DNA from: Octopus sinensis
Lineage: Eukaryota
Direction of reading: 5' to 3'
NCBI RefSeq assembly: GCF_006345805.1
Contig: NC_043000.1
Coordinates: forward strand, 65,844,001 to 65,908,000
Length of the DNA: 64,000 nucleotides
Position numbers and translations under genes: made by a program. Under the pieces are notes generated by a model. It saw only the letters and a program-made list of their open reading frames with translations. It was not told the DNA's origin and did not search any database. This document shows positions 53,184-64,000 of the stretch, piece by piece (positions within the stretch are counted from its first letter, which is position 1; each line of letters starts with the position of its first letter).

Positions 53184-55140
53184 TATCTAAAGCTTGATAT
53201 TTATCTGCTACATAATATGTTTGAGGCGAATTTGAAATGGGTGGAGCGGACTTTTCCTCTGCAGATTGTCATTTCGCTTTAAGCCAACCTAAAAATACAC
53301 TGTTTAAATGCTATAGTAGCATCAATGCACAACTTTAAAATTCTCTCTCTTATGACATAGCCCTAGCATAATGATTATGTTTGTAGGTGTGAGTGTGCGC
53401 ATGCGTTTGTGTGTGTATGTGTACGCGCGCGCGCGCGTCTTTGCGCTCGTGCGGTTTAAGATTGAATATGTCATCACGTTAATTTAAACCTGTTATTTAT
53501 GCTATAGTTTTGCTTAACCGTATTAGGTTGAAATATTAGAAATAGCTCACAATAAAATGCTTTTTACCTGTTTACAAATTATTATTTGATTTAATGGGAC
53601 TATTTGACATTACTGCGTCTACAATATATCAGCAATAATCTGATTCGTTCAAACGATCCCATTTATGAGAAAAAATACCATAATTAGATTTAATTATTGT
53701 AGGGTAGGGTTTTAATGCATCAAAATTGTGCTTTGGATCTCGGCGCTGTTCCGAGCATTGGATCAACTTTAAACGACTAGTAGTAGATCTAAAAGCTGGA
53801 TGTAATTTACTATTATAACAGTAGAGCAAGTTCAAAGTCATCGAATCGAAACTAATAGCACATGAGTAATTTCATGTAAAGTGTATCGGATTTAGGAAGC
53901 ATTTTGAGTTTTGGAGCTATCCTAGACGCCAAGTCATTCATAAAAGTTGAAGGCTATATGTAATATAATATAGCATTCAGCTCGGAGCATTGAAAACGCG
54001 GGGCCAGTAGCGTATGGCTAATCTTGCTGCTAGATTAATAGGTACTGATTCCAACATAGACTTGGTCTTAGATTTGCTTGTATCACATTATTTACAATAA
54101 CGTCTGTTTATCTCTACTCAGTTTTTTTTTTCTTTTGCTATATTCCTGGTTTCCTCTAAGTTGTTTACTGTTTCATGCAATGCATGCCGTTAATGTTGAC
54201 TGAAAGACAGGTATGTAACAGGTATGTGACTGGCTGATGCCTCAAAATAGTCTGTCTAGGTAGTGTTAGTAGAAGCTCTACTATTCATCCTAAGCTTCTC
54301 TTTCTGTTGTCGCGTTACTGTGTAGTAATGCGATTTTAATTCATTATCGAAAGCCGAGTGATAAAAGTTACATTTTAAAATGAAAGGCGACTTTTTTTAT
54401 TTATGCTTTACATCATTCTCCAAGTAACAGCATTAGAGAGCAACACAGCACATACAAACGTATTGTAAACGTGCAAGTGAAGCGCTGATTATATATTTGA
54501 TGTCTGAGGCATTGAACTACATTGAAATAAATGAATCCCAAGACGGCACTTCGCTTATGTTGTTGAGAAGAGATCCACCAGTTTTGTATTACGTTTCCTT
54601 TTCACCGATTATGTTTGTCTCGTTTGATGGCAGTGGAATCCATATTCACAAGGGCATCATGTCTTCAGTTGCAAAAGAGTTTTTTTTTTAGTAATTTCAA
54701 GATATTCTTCATCGCAGACAGAAAATTAATAAAATAGACCTATTCCATGCGTGCGCGCGTGTATGTGCTTTGAATGCGCTTTGTGTGTGTGTGTGTGTGT
54801 GTGTTGGTATTGCACATATCACGCCTCTCGGATATTTCTATCCAGCTTCAGACTCTCTTCTGCTCTTCTCAAATGGACCAGTGAAAGTAAATCGTATTAT
54901 GGGCTTACCCATTGACGTTAATGCTGTTTCTGCCACTGCTACGACAGCCGTTGCATTTGCCGCTGTCCCTGTTGTTGTTATTGTTACTTTTGCTGCCGTT
55001 GTTGTTGCTGCTGCCACCCAGTATTTGGGGCTGATTGAGCAAATGTATCGAACGTAGGCCGTAGATCGAATGATTAGTGGTGATTCATGCAGCAATTGTT
55101 TTTGACATACCATAACTCTCCTTAGGAGAGAACCAAATTA

Positions 55141-55706
55141 TTGGGTTGTCCGGAAAGTTCGTGCCGATTTTTAAAGGAAAGAAAACGCTCAATAAATACT
55201 TGCCATTACATTTTTAATCAACCAAATATGAAACATTTTATTGCACAATGCGTCTCCATCTTTCCTTTAACTTGAAAATACCCTCTTCCCAGAGTTGGGG
55301 TGATTTCATGGCAAAGAATTCATCAAGGTATCTTTTTACGTCATCCAAGGAATTGAGATTTTTGCCATTAAGACTATTCTGCAGAGACCTGAATAAGTGG
55401 AAATCCGAAGGAGCAATATCTGATGAATATGGAGGGTGGGGTAACACATCCCAGCCGAGCTGCAGCAAATTTTGTCTGGTCCCCAAAGCATCAAGTGCCG
55501 AAAGTGAACTTTCTTATCTTCCATTTCAAAGGGTTATAGAATTAACAGAGATTATAGGAACATAAACCTTCTTCCACGAAAAGATAGCTTAAACTGTGCC
55601 CTAAATGGAGGTGTAGTCAAATTCTATTTTATGGACTCAACCATGTTCTAAAATAAATCGAAATGTAAGCTACTATAAATAGGCACGAACTTTCCGGACA
55701 ACCCAA
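55141..55706 (-). mobile_element. Non-autonomous mariner deletion derivative with perfect TIRs
   Basis: Perfect 25-bp TIR ttgggttgtccggaaagttcgtgcc with TA on both sides. N-terminus MEDKKVHFRHLML is fused to C-terminal LPHPPYSSDIAPSDFHLFRSL..W. Confidence 0.95.
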
Positions 55707-56224
55707 TATATACGCCAACATAAAGTGGTTAATCGAATGGGGTAGAGTGGTAGAGTGTGAGAGACTAAACATTTCATAATCTATTCCCTGTCCAATGTGT
55801 TTCTGGTGGCAGCGAAAACTGAGACTTGAGATGGAGTTGGTCAGAGTGCGATAATTACTATGAGTGGTGCATATCCCAATACAGTAAGGACAATGAAGTT
55901 ACTGATGTCACAGTTACTTTTAATTATAGATGTTTGTGTTGTAGGGTGATGGTCAGGTGTCTGTCTGGACTCAATGGAAACGATAGTGTTTAAAGGATGC
56001 CGTTATAGGCGTGTCTCGGTGTTTGGAGGTAATTTATCATGTAGAGGCAGGGCCTGTAAGGATTACAGCTTTCGGTACCCCACCCTTATTAAAAAATAAC
56101 CCACTGATACAATCTGTATCCATTGTTATATAGTCGACTTCTCCATTCGCTATGTGTCAGTAATTTGAGGAGAAATATTCAAGAAATTTTACATCAGAAT
56201 GTCACATGAAACCAATCGGGGAAT

Positions 56225-56378
56225 TTCGATGTAATTGCTTGATCTGCTAGAAATAATAGGTAAATCTCCTTAAATTATACACCCACCATCTTAAAAACAG
56301 AAGAACGCATTAGATAATGTCGTCCTGGATACTCCTTTCCGGATCAGGGCTAGTTGACCTGGGTCTTAGTAACAACAT
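56225..56378 (+). mobile_element. SINE-like family B
   Basis: gatctgctagaaataataggtaaatctcc..cattagataatgtcgtcctgg..gacctggg..aacaac. Confidence 0.65.
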
Positions 56379-57356
56379 AGAGATCGCTGACCAATCCATC
56401 ACCTAATTAGAGGTGTACTAAGAGATTCTTCAAGAAGTATTTAGTTATCCAAACATAAATAGTCACTATCTTTAAAGGAACACTTTGATAGTTATTCACA
56501 TTCAGAGCGACCACTCAGACCTTCTAGTTTTGAAGAAAACAACCCTCACCTAAGGTGACCCAAAAAAGCAAAATGTTTCTAGTTTTCATAAGTGCAATTG
56601 CTACAGATCTTGGTTCGTGTCCGATGACTGTTAAGCTAAAATCAATGAGACAATCGTTTTTGCTTTTTTTTTCAGAATGTGCCGCTGCTACAAAGAATTG
56701 ATCCGCACTCACATATATTCACTGAATGACTGAGAGGCATTACCTAGGGACACCATTCGCATGAAACCTAGAAGTTGAGTGACCGCTGACATAACTTGTG
56801 TAGTGAGAGAAACAAATTTCAGTTGAATTAACTTTTGCAGTGAAGAGAGAGAATCGGAGACTCAATAACTAATAATAATGAAATCTGGTTTAGGCAATGA
56901 GGCAACAACAGATATATTAATTAGTTAATTAGAGAATATCGGATTAAATTAATATTAGTCCTCAAGTTAAAGTTTTCGTTTTCTCGCGGCATGGGTATTT
57001 CTAATATTAATTACGCTTTCGAGGTTGTCGCCCTTTTGTTTTAACACAATTTCATTAATATTAGTCATTGAGTCTATGTTAATTTTAATTATTCTAAATC
57101 TAATTGTTCACCACAGTAAACTATACTTGTCCACACTCATCTCTGTTCACTCGGCCAACATTCAGACTCATCGTTAAATAAAGAAAAATAAAGAAAACAA
57201 AACCTTCCTTGAGCAAAATTTCCTCTGGTCTCTTAAGCAATCGAGAATCACTTTTTTATGAAAGTCTTTCATCCAAACCAATGAAAGAGTCTCTATATCA
57301 TCGCTCCATCTAATTGATACGGTAGTCTCCCTCGAAATCACACAGCAGACTTAATC

Positions 57357-57404
57357 CCTCGCCTAGTTTAACATCACCGCCTGGTAGTGTTAAACTAGGC
57401 GAGG
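57357..57404. other. Isolated perfect 17-bp-stem hairpin
   Basis: cctcgcctagtttaaca / tgttaaactaggcgagg with 14 nt between the arms. Confidence 0.75.
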
Positions 57405-57599
57405 TACCTTTAGCGAAATCCACGCTACTTCAAGAATTTGGCTTAGGTCCCTGATTTGAAGATGTCTTCCTACCATCAGTCTTAGATACCTTGTATAGAG
57501 TCATGGACACTACCTCTCTTTCTTGACTAAGTGATAAGGAAAAAAACCATCGTTTTCAATTAAGAAAAAATCATTAGAATGGTAATATATAAAATGAAT

Positions 57600-57900
57600 G
57601 AATAGTCATGGCTAAAATACCTTTGATCATAGGTTTGCTCAACTGGAGTTGACTTGAGACTAAGCAACAACAGCACATCAACTCTCCCAATTTGCGAGGG
57701 AAGTCTTACAAGACTGCGGGACTTCCTACATGTAGCTTACAAAACTCAATCAAATCATAACAATCACGACCTATCGTCTTTAAAAGGAACGCATAGGGAA
57801 ATGTAATCCTTGACAAATCACAATGAGGAAAATGCTATGGTCACAGCAAGAATTCTTTTCTCATAATTATCCTTGGCCAGGGCTAACCTGGGAGTAGCTC
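57600..57900 (+). mobile_element. Two SINE-like family B remnants (57600-57675 and 57720-57900)
   Basis: cctttgatcatagg..gttgacttgagactaagcaacaac; cctatcgtctttaaaagg..agggctaacctggg. Confidence 0.55.
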
Positions 57901-58229
57901 AAAGGGGCCAGTGTTAAGAATTTCAATAACACAGGTAAGGACGATGTATGAAACGCCGTACAAAATAAAATATTTTAACAAATTGCTCTTGTTCGGTGAA
58001 CAACAGAATCTGTTTTTACCCCCAGAAGCATGTTAATTTAAATGTAAAATTCTAATTTTCAAGAAATTATCTCCTCTTCTCATACACAGTTACTAATTAT
58101 TATCGCCAGGTTTTTGTTCTTTCTCTATCTGAAAGGGAAGGTTTAATAAATTTAGAATTCTCTACACGCCTACTGTCGGTTTTGGATCCAATTCTATGTC
58201 GTAGTCTTCTGAGTTATTTTCTCTTAACT

Positions 58230-58600
58230 CAATTTCTGAAGGTGCAGCTTTGTTTGAAGTGGTTGTACCACTCCTTGATCTGAGTTTTGCCCATGGCATC
58301 ATCGTCAAAGGCTTACTGAATCTTCTAAACGGGTTGAGCTTGAGTATCACCAAACTTTTGGCAAAACTTGATGCAATATCTCTGTTCGATGCGTTCGGTG
58401 GAAAGGAAAATTCGACGAGCGCGCACTACACGTTTGTACCCTATGCGTAAAATACGGGGACTGAGCTGACCTACCGGTGCAAAAATTTTCTCGCATGCGC
58501 AGGAAGGGTGGCACCACCTTCTACCAAAAGGATTTTGTCCACGAGGCATTAGTTTTAGTGAGAAAAAATAAAGTCGGATACTTTTTAAATGCACCACGTA
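58230..58600 (-). mobile_element. Mariner 5' end fragment
   Basis: TIR tacgtggtgcatttaaaaagtatccgac; ERIEQRYCIKFCQKFGDT..DDAMGKTQIKEWYNHFK. Confidence 0.8.
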
Positions 58601-59324
58601 AGTTTTCTTGATGTAATTAGTTTTAATTAATTTCTTCGATAAATATGTATTAATTTCTTCGATAAATATGTATTTGTCTTTAGATTTTCGTCTACCACCT
58701 TTTCTTTTTAGATAAGATCATTTTAGTTTTCAAGCATACCCCTAAACTCATACACACACACAGACGATATGAAAGACAGACAAACACACGTACGCACGTA
58801 CGATCTATGTATCATACTTAATGTAAATGCACTGCGTAAAGCAAATTTACTGCAGTATTCGTCCGGAGAAAATATCTGTTATGGACGTGCTGTATTTAAA
58901 ACAATATATTTTCTCTGTATCAAGTAGCCAATGCATCCCAAGAACAATTTTTTCTTCACTTATTTCATCTACAGTTGATACACCTACTCCTAATCATTTC
59001 AATAATTTTTCAGATTAATGCACCATTTTACATCAAAACATTATTTATCAGGAAAACTGTATCTCTAGGGGCTAGCGAAACATATAAAGAAACATATTCA
59101 CCAACAGAAATCGAAAACCTCACATAAAGCTCAAATGGTAAGTTACTTTATTAGTCAAAATCATTGAACTACATACTATTGCTGAAACCGAAATAACAAA
59201 AAAATGTTATTATTCAGTAGCTCGAACATTATTTGACCTCGAATTTGAGCGAGAAATAGAAATAATTCCTGTGACAAATGCAATTGAAAGACACAAAATA
59301 TAACTTTTCCGACTATCAGTCATT

Positions 59325-59432
59325 GGAATGCGGCCATTCCAGGGTATGGACTTGGAAATTTTTTTAATTGAATGAATCGACACCAGTGCCTTTTTTTTTA
59401 AAGCTTGGTACTTAATCTATTGGTTTCTTTCA
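59325..59432 (-). mobile_element. SINE family C 3' remnant
   Basis: tcagtcattggaatgcggccattccagg..aagcttggtactt. Confidence 0.5.
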
Positions 59433-59449
59433 AGTAAATGGATGTAAAT

Positions 59450-59524
59450 ACACCAACACAGACACAAACACACACGCACATACATACATACATACATACA
59501 TACATACATACATACATACATACA

Positions 59525-59618
<94 letters not shown>
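59450..59618. repeat. (CATA)n/(TA)n microsatellite
   Basis: Direct repeats. Confidence 0.95.
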
Positions 59619-59621
<3 letters not shown>

Positions 59622-59799
59622 GGGGATTAGTTAAATATCTCTACAAGAATTTCTACATTATCCGCTAATAATAAAATTTTGTAATCACATGCAACTTATA
59701 ATGCTGCTTTAGTTAGGGTTGGGTACCGTGAGAAAATTCAATATATACAAAAAAAAGCATACACAACACTGGTAATTCCTCCAATAGTAATATACCATC

Positions 59800-61330
59800 A
59801 CAACGTCACGATATGAGAACTCATTCAAATAGAAAATGCTGGCCCAGAGGAATTGGTCAATACAATGAACTATCAACGAAAACTCACAGACACACGCGAT
59901 GTAAAAATCCAACTGCTCGTAACACTGTAAATTGTTTCAATCCTGTACAACACACTCGATCAAATATGCCTAACAACAGATATAAAAATCAGGATGTCGT
60001 CTGGTGCAATCCAATTTTCGGTTCGCATGTTTCAACCAAGATCGCTGGAAAATTTTTTGCCGCTTTGGACAAATGTTTTCCTAAATCTTATCGGTATCAT
60101 GCTATTTTTAATCGGTACACCATGAAGGTATCCTACGCTAACTCTGCTAATTTAGAGCAGCTTATGCACCACATAAACAATTGTAAAATACGACAACAGT
60201 TCAATAATCCACCTACTGGATGTAGCGAACATACGCATCTAAATACCAACAGAGGAGATGTAGACCACAAAGAAAAGCACCAATTTCGGCCAAATTGTAA
60301 TAGTAGAAATGCTTATGATATAGCTAACACGGTAACAACGTCGAAAAATGAAGTCGGAACTGCCATATATACAAATAAATATGATAAATGCTCATGCAGA
60401 GAAAAATCAAAATGCCCATTGATGAACCTCTGTTTGAGTACAAATCTTGTATATAAATGTACCGTGCACACAAGGAAGACGGCTGATTCATTTAAGAATC
60501 GTTATCGCAACCATGTGGCCAGCTTCAAGAGAATCAATAAGAGACATTCAACATCTTTGGTCGAATCTGTATGGCGACTGAAGGAAGATAAAATTAAGTA
60601 CAACATAACTTGGTCCATAGTAAGGCATGCACAACTAAACAATATCATTTCCAGGAGATGCTGACACTGCTCAGAGGAATCCCTGTCTATTCTGTAGACC
60701 AATGAGAATATCATTAATAGAATTTCTGAAGAAACCTACACGCATATAAATGTAGTTTCGCACAATGCAATGGGAATGAATTTGAGTAACTGTTAATATA
60801 ATTTACTTTAAGGTATGAATGAACTAAGTTTAGCTTTAACCTCCCACTTTTTATAAACACCAAATACTTATTTAACTCGCTTTGTGATCGTGAATGCACC
60901 AAGCCACACGTGTGCGTGTGCCTACATTTTTGTGGATGCTTATATAAGCGATTGTGCACGCGCCATGCAACTTGTGCAAGGACGTTTGTACAGCCATATC
61001 TGTTAAGTTATTTTTAATACTTTGCTCGCTGTATTGCGTGTTCGTTTCTTTTTTGCATCTTTAATTTTATTTTTGATCTTCTATATAAATGAAGGTATTG
61101 CCTTTGTTTTGCTGCTTTTCTTTCTACTAAATGAGAAGATACATTGCGGAACTGTTATTTTAACGAGTTGTATCTATTTATCACCCGATGAGACACATCT
61201 GCACTGCAAGATTCTCCTGAACGAGTTGTTAAGTGTCCCACCCGTGAGGGATCGATGCTAGATGTGTCGAAACAATTGTCGTGGTTAATAATAAAAATTC
61301 TCGTATATTCCATCTTCTTTCTCGCATTTG
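59800..61330 (+). mobile_element. Penelope-like element (Neptune-type linker), 5'-truncated, with 3' pseudo-LTR
   Basis: ORF 59813..60664: VVWCNP..IFNRYTMKVSY, Cys-rich CSCREKSKCPL..C, VYKCTV..FKNRYRNH..SF, STSL..VWRLK, W.I..RC. The YIG half of GIY-YIG is missing. A downstream non-coding terminal region carries a hammerhead. Confidence 0.85.
61179..61286 (+). ncRNA. Type I hammerhead ribozyme (U4C core) in the PLE pseudo-LTR
   Basis: cac-CCGATGA-gacacatct..agatgtgtc-GAAA-caattg-TC-gtg: perfect 9-bp stem II base, palindromic stem III ACAATTGT, GUC site at 61280. Confidence 0.7.
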
Positions 61331-61380
61331 TTTATACACACACACACACCACACACACACAACACACACACCCACCCACC

Positions 61381-61453
<73 letters not shown>

Positions 61454-61454
61454 A

Positions 61455-61800
61455 TTTTAATCCAACGGGAAACAAAAAAAAAACAACAATGGAACAATTA
61501 CAGTATTATTATTAATAGGCGCTCAGGAAATGGAAGCAGGGAGGTATGACGTTTCGAGCGGGGCTCTTCGTCGGAAACATAAAGAAGGAAGAGAGAGGAA
61601 AGAAAGATCCCAGAGCGGGCAACAGGGAAAGAGAAAAAGACGACTGGTGTTTACGAGTTGCACATGGTGAAAGGCGGATGTTTACGAAAACAGAGCAAAG
61701 TGGGGTTTTAAAGGCAAAAGAGTGGAGACAAGGTTGGTAACGCAACAGATGTGTGTGTATGTGTGAGTGTGTGCGTGTGTGTATGTGTGTGTGTGAGGCG
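61455..61800 (-). mobile_element. Probable second PLE terminal repeat in opposite orientation
   Basis: Abuts the (TA)n tract and carries a minimal hammerhead motif on the minus strand. Confidence 0.5.
61544..61578 (-). ncRNA. Minimal hammerhead motif, partly decayed
   Basis: gttt-CCGACGA-a-gagc-ccc-gctc-GAAA-c-GTC-atac; stem I has one mismatch. Confidence 0.5.
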
Positions 61801-61859
61801 AGATGAAAAAACAAAAAAAATATATATTGTGTGTGTTAGTGTGTGCGTCTGTGTGTAGG

Positions 61860-63860
61860 CGTGTGAGTAGGCGCGAGACAGTGGTCAGCTTAGCAGACAA
61901 AGGTCAGTAGTAGAAAAAAGAAGGAAGGAGGAAGGGAGGGAGGGGAAGGGGTGTGGGGGGCGTATGTAGCGTGCCAGCGTGTGTTGAGTAGTAGTGTGTG
62001 TGCGTGTCCAGTGTCGTGGTGTATAAATGGCGAGTAGATTGAATGTGTGTAAGAGTAATGTATATGTTTAAGCAATGTGTGTATATGTGTGCGCGTGTGT
62101 AACGAAAAAGGGGGGTGTTAAGGAAAAAGGACTCCAGCTGAGGGGAAGATGGAAGAGTGGTCCCGCGGAGGGCGGGCGTGGGGAAAACCCAACGACACGC
62201 GACGGTCCCAGGAACGGGCGGGAGGTTTGTCGGTTCCAAGAGCGAGGTGCCTGCGGAGCGTATGCGTGCGCGAACCGGCGCAAGCGCGTGCGTGCGCGCG
62301 CCTGCGAGTATGTGCGTAAGTATGTATGTGTGTGGATGTGTGAGTGTGTCTGTGTGTATGTCCGGGTGGCAGTGTGTCCGATGAATGTATGTGAGTATGT
62401 GTGTATGTATGTGTGTGCATAGATGTATGTCCGTGTGTGTGTGTGTGTGTGTGTGTGTTGTGTGTGAGTGTGTATGTATGTACGTGTGGGTGTGGGGGGA
62501 AGTGTGTGTATGTGCATGTGTGTGCGCGTACATACAGGTGTGTGAGTGAGTGTGTGTGTGTGTATGTATGTGTGAGTGTGTATGTATGTGTGTGTAGGAT
62601 GCATGTATGTGTATGGGTGTATGTATGCATGTGTGTATGTATGTATGTGTACGTGCGTGTGTGTGTGTATGCGTGTGTAGGTGTGCGCGTGTGCATGCAT
62701 GCTGCATGCATGTGCGTATGTGTGTGGTGTGTGCATGTGTGTGGGTATATGTGGTTATATGTATGGGCGTATATGTGTGTGTTGTGCGTACATGTGTGTG
62801 GGTGTGTATGCATGTGTGTGTGTATGTAGGTGTGTAGGCGTGTGGTGTATAGTGTATGTATGTAAGTATGTATGGGTGGTGTATGTGTGTGTATGTAGTG
62901 TGTGTATGTAGGTGTGTGGGGCGTGTGTATATGTGGTGTATGTAGGTGTGTGGGTCGTGTGTATATAGGTGTATGTGTGTATGTCTGGGTGTTGTCGTGC
63001 ATGTTGTGTGTGTGTGTGTGTATGCATGTGTATGTAGGTGTGTGTGTACGTGTGTAATGTATGTGTGTATGCGTGTGTATGCGTGCGTGTGTGTATGTAG
63101 GTGCGTGTGTGTGTGGTGTATGTGTGTGTGGAGTGTAGGTGTGTGTGTGCGTGTGCGTGTGCGTGTTTATGTTGGTGTGTGCGTATGTGAGTGTGAGTGT
63201 ATGGGTGTTTGTCATGCATGTGTGTGCGCGTGCAGGTGAGTGTGTGTGTAAGTATGTGTGTGTGTATGTTTGTGTGAGTGTGTATGTGTGTATGTCTGTG
63301 TGTATGTATGTGCGTATAGGAGTATGTGGGTATGTGTGTGTGTATGTATATGGGTGTATGTATGTATGGGTGTGTGTGCATGTGTATAAGTATATGTGTG
63401 TGTGCGTATGTTGTATATGTATATGTGTATGTGTGTGTGTTTATGTATGTGTGTATGTATGTGTGTAGGCGTGTGTGTGTAGATGTATGTATGTATGGGT
63501 GTGTGTCCGTGTGTGTTTGTGTGTGTGGTAGGTAGATGTGTGTGTCTGAGTGAGGGTATGGCTGTGTAGGTGTGTGTGTGTATGATGTAAGTGTGTGTGT
63601 GTATACAAGTGTAATGTATGTATGTAGGTGTGTGTGTGTGTGTATGTGTACGTGTGCGTGTGTATGTGGGTGTGTGTATGCGTGTGAGTGTGAGTGTATG
63701 GGTGTATGTCTGTGTGTGTGTATGTCTGAAGTAGGTATGTATGTGTATGTATGTATGTGTGTGTGTGTGCAGGTATGTGTGTGTATGTGTGTGTGTGAGT
63801 AGGTGTGCGTGTATGTTGTGGGTAGGGATGCATGCGAGTGGTGGGTATGTATGCATACAT
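61860..63860. repeat. Degenerate (GT)n/(GTAT)n low-complexity tract of about 2 kb
   Basis: Irregular GT/AT mosaics; source of all His/Thr-rich and Cys/Val-rich ORFs. Confidence 0.9.
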
Positions 63861-64000
63861 ACGCACGCGCCACATCCGAAGCAAGCCCACACACACGAAG
63901 CGCGCCACGCACACAACGCACAAGCAGTACAACGCAAGCCCAAGGGGCCGACCAAGCCCCCAGCGCGCGCCAAGGCGCGCGAGCGCAAAGGCCCTCGAAC

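Noticed and set aside
54805-54830. miR-92-like seed tattgcac
   Set aside because: Only the seed matches, and there is no precursor hairpin.
56670-56740. Strong plus-strand acceptor ttttgctttttttttcag
   Set aside because: All frames stop within 20 codons, with no donor or homology.
58162-58353. ORF ending SEIELRENNSEDYDIELDPKPTVGV as a possible last exon
   Set aside because: Its first half is an alternative frame of a mariner fragment, and there is no acceptor site.
59712-59725. ttagggttggg near the PLE 5' junction as telomeric targeting
   Set aside because: Only one TTAGGG unit.
61860-64000. Long His/Thr-rich and Cys/Val-rich ORFs (up to 388 aa) and the GC-rich patches at 62100-62300 and 63840-64000
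   Set aside because: Translations of degenerate GT repeats that stay open in several frames. The irregular pattern suggests poorly polished long-read sequence.

Overview
AT-rich, microsatellite-dense animal genomic DNA. The SINE families look like those of Octopus/coleoid cephalopods (my recognition, not a database result). No intact host protein-coding gene is supportable, and nearly all long ORFs in the track are translations of simple repeats. The window is a transposon graveyard: several Tc1/mariner elements, two hAT transposase pseudogenes (Buster/Charlie-like and Tip100-like), a MULE nested in an R4/Dong LINE, many R4/Dong fragments tied to (AAT)n, HERO-, RTE-, Tx1- and CR1/L2-group LINE fragments, three SINE families and Penelope-like elements (PLEs). 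The most notable signal is a set of five minimal type I hammerhead ribozyme motifs from four repeat families, all with a self-complementary stem III and all in repeats abutting (TA)n/(CA)n tracts. Two of them lie in a 250-320 bp non-coding fold-back element and have the core GUGAACA instead of CUGANGA, a compensatory G3:C8 swap that standard motif searches would miss. Boundaries of decayed repeats are approximate.
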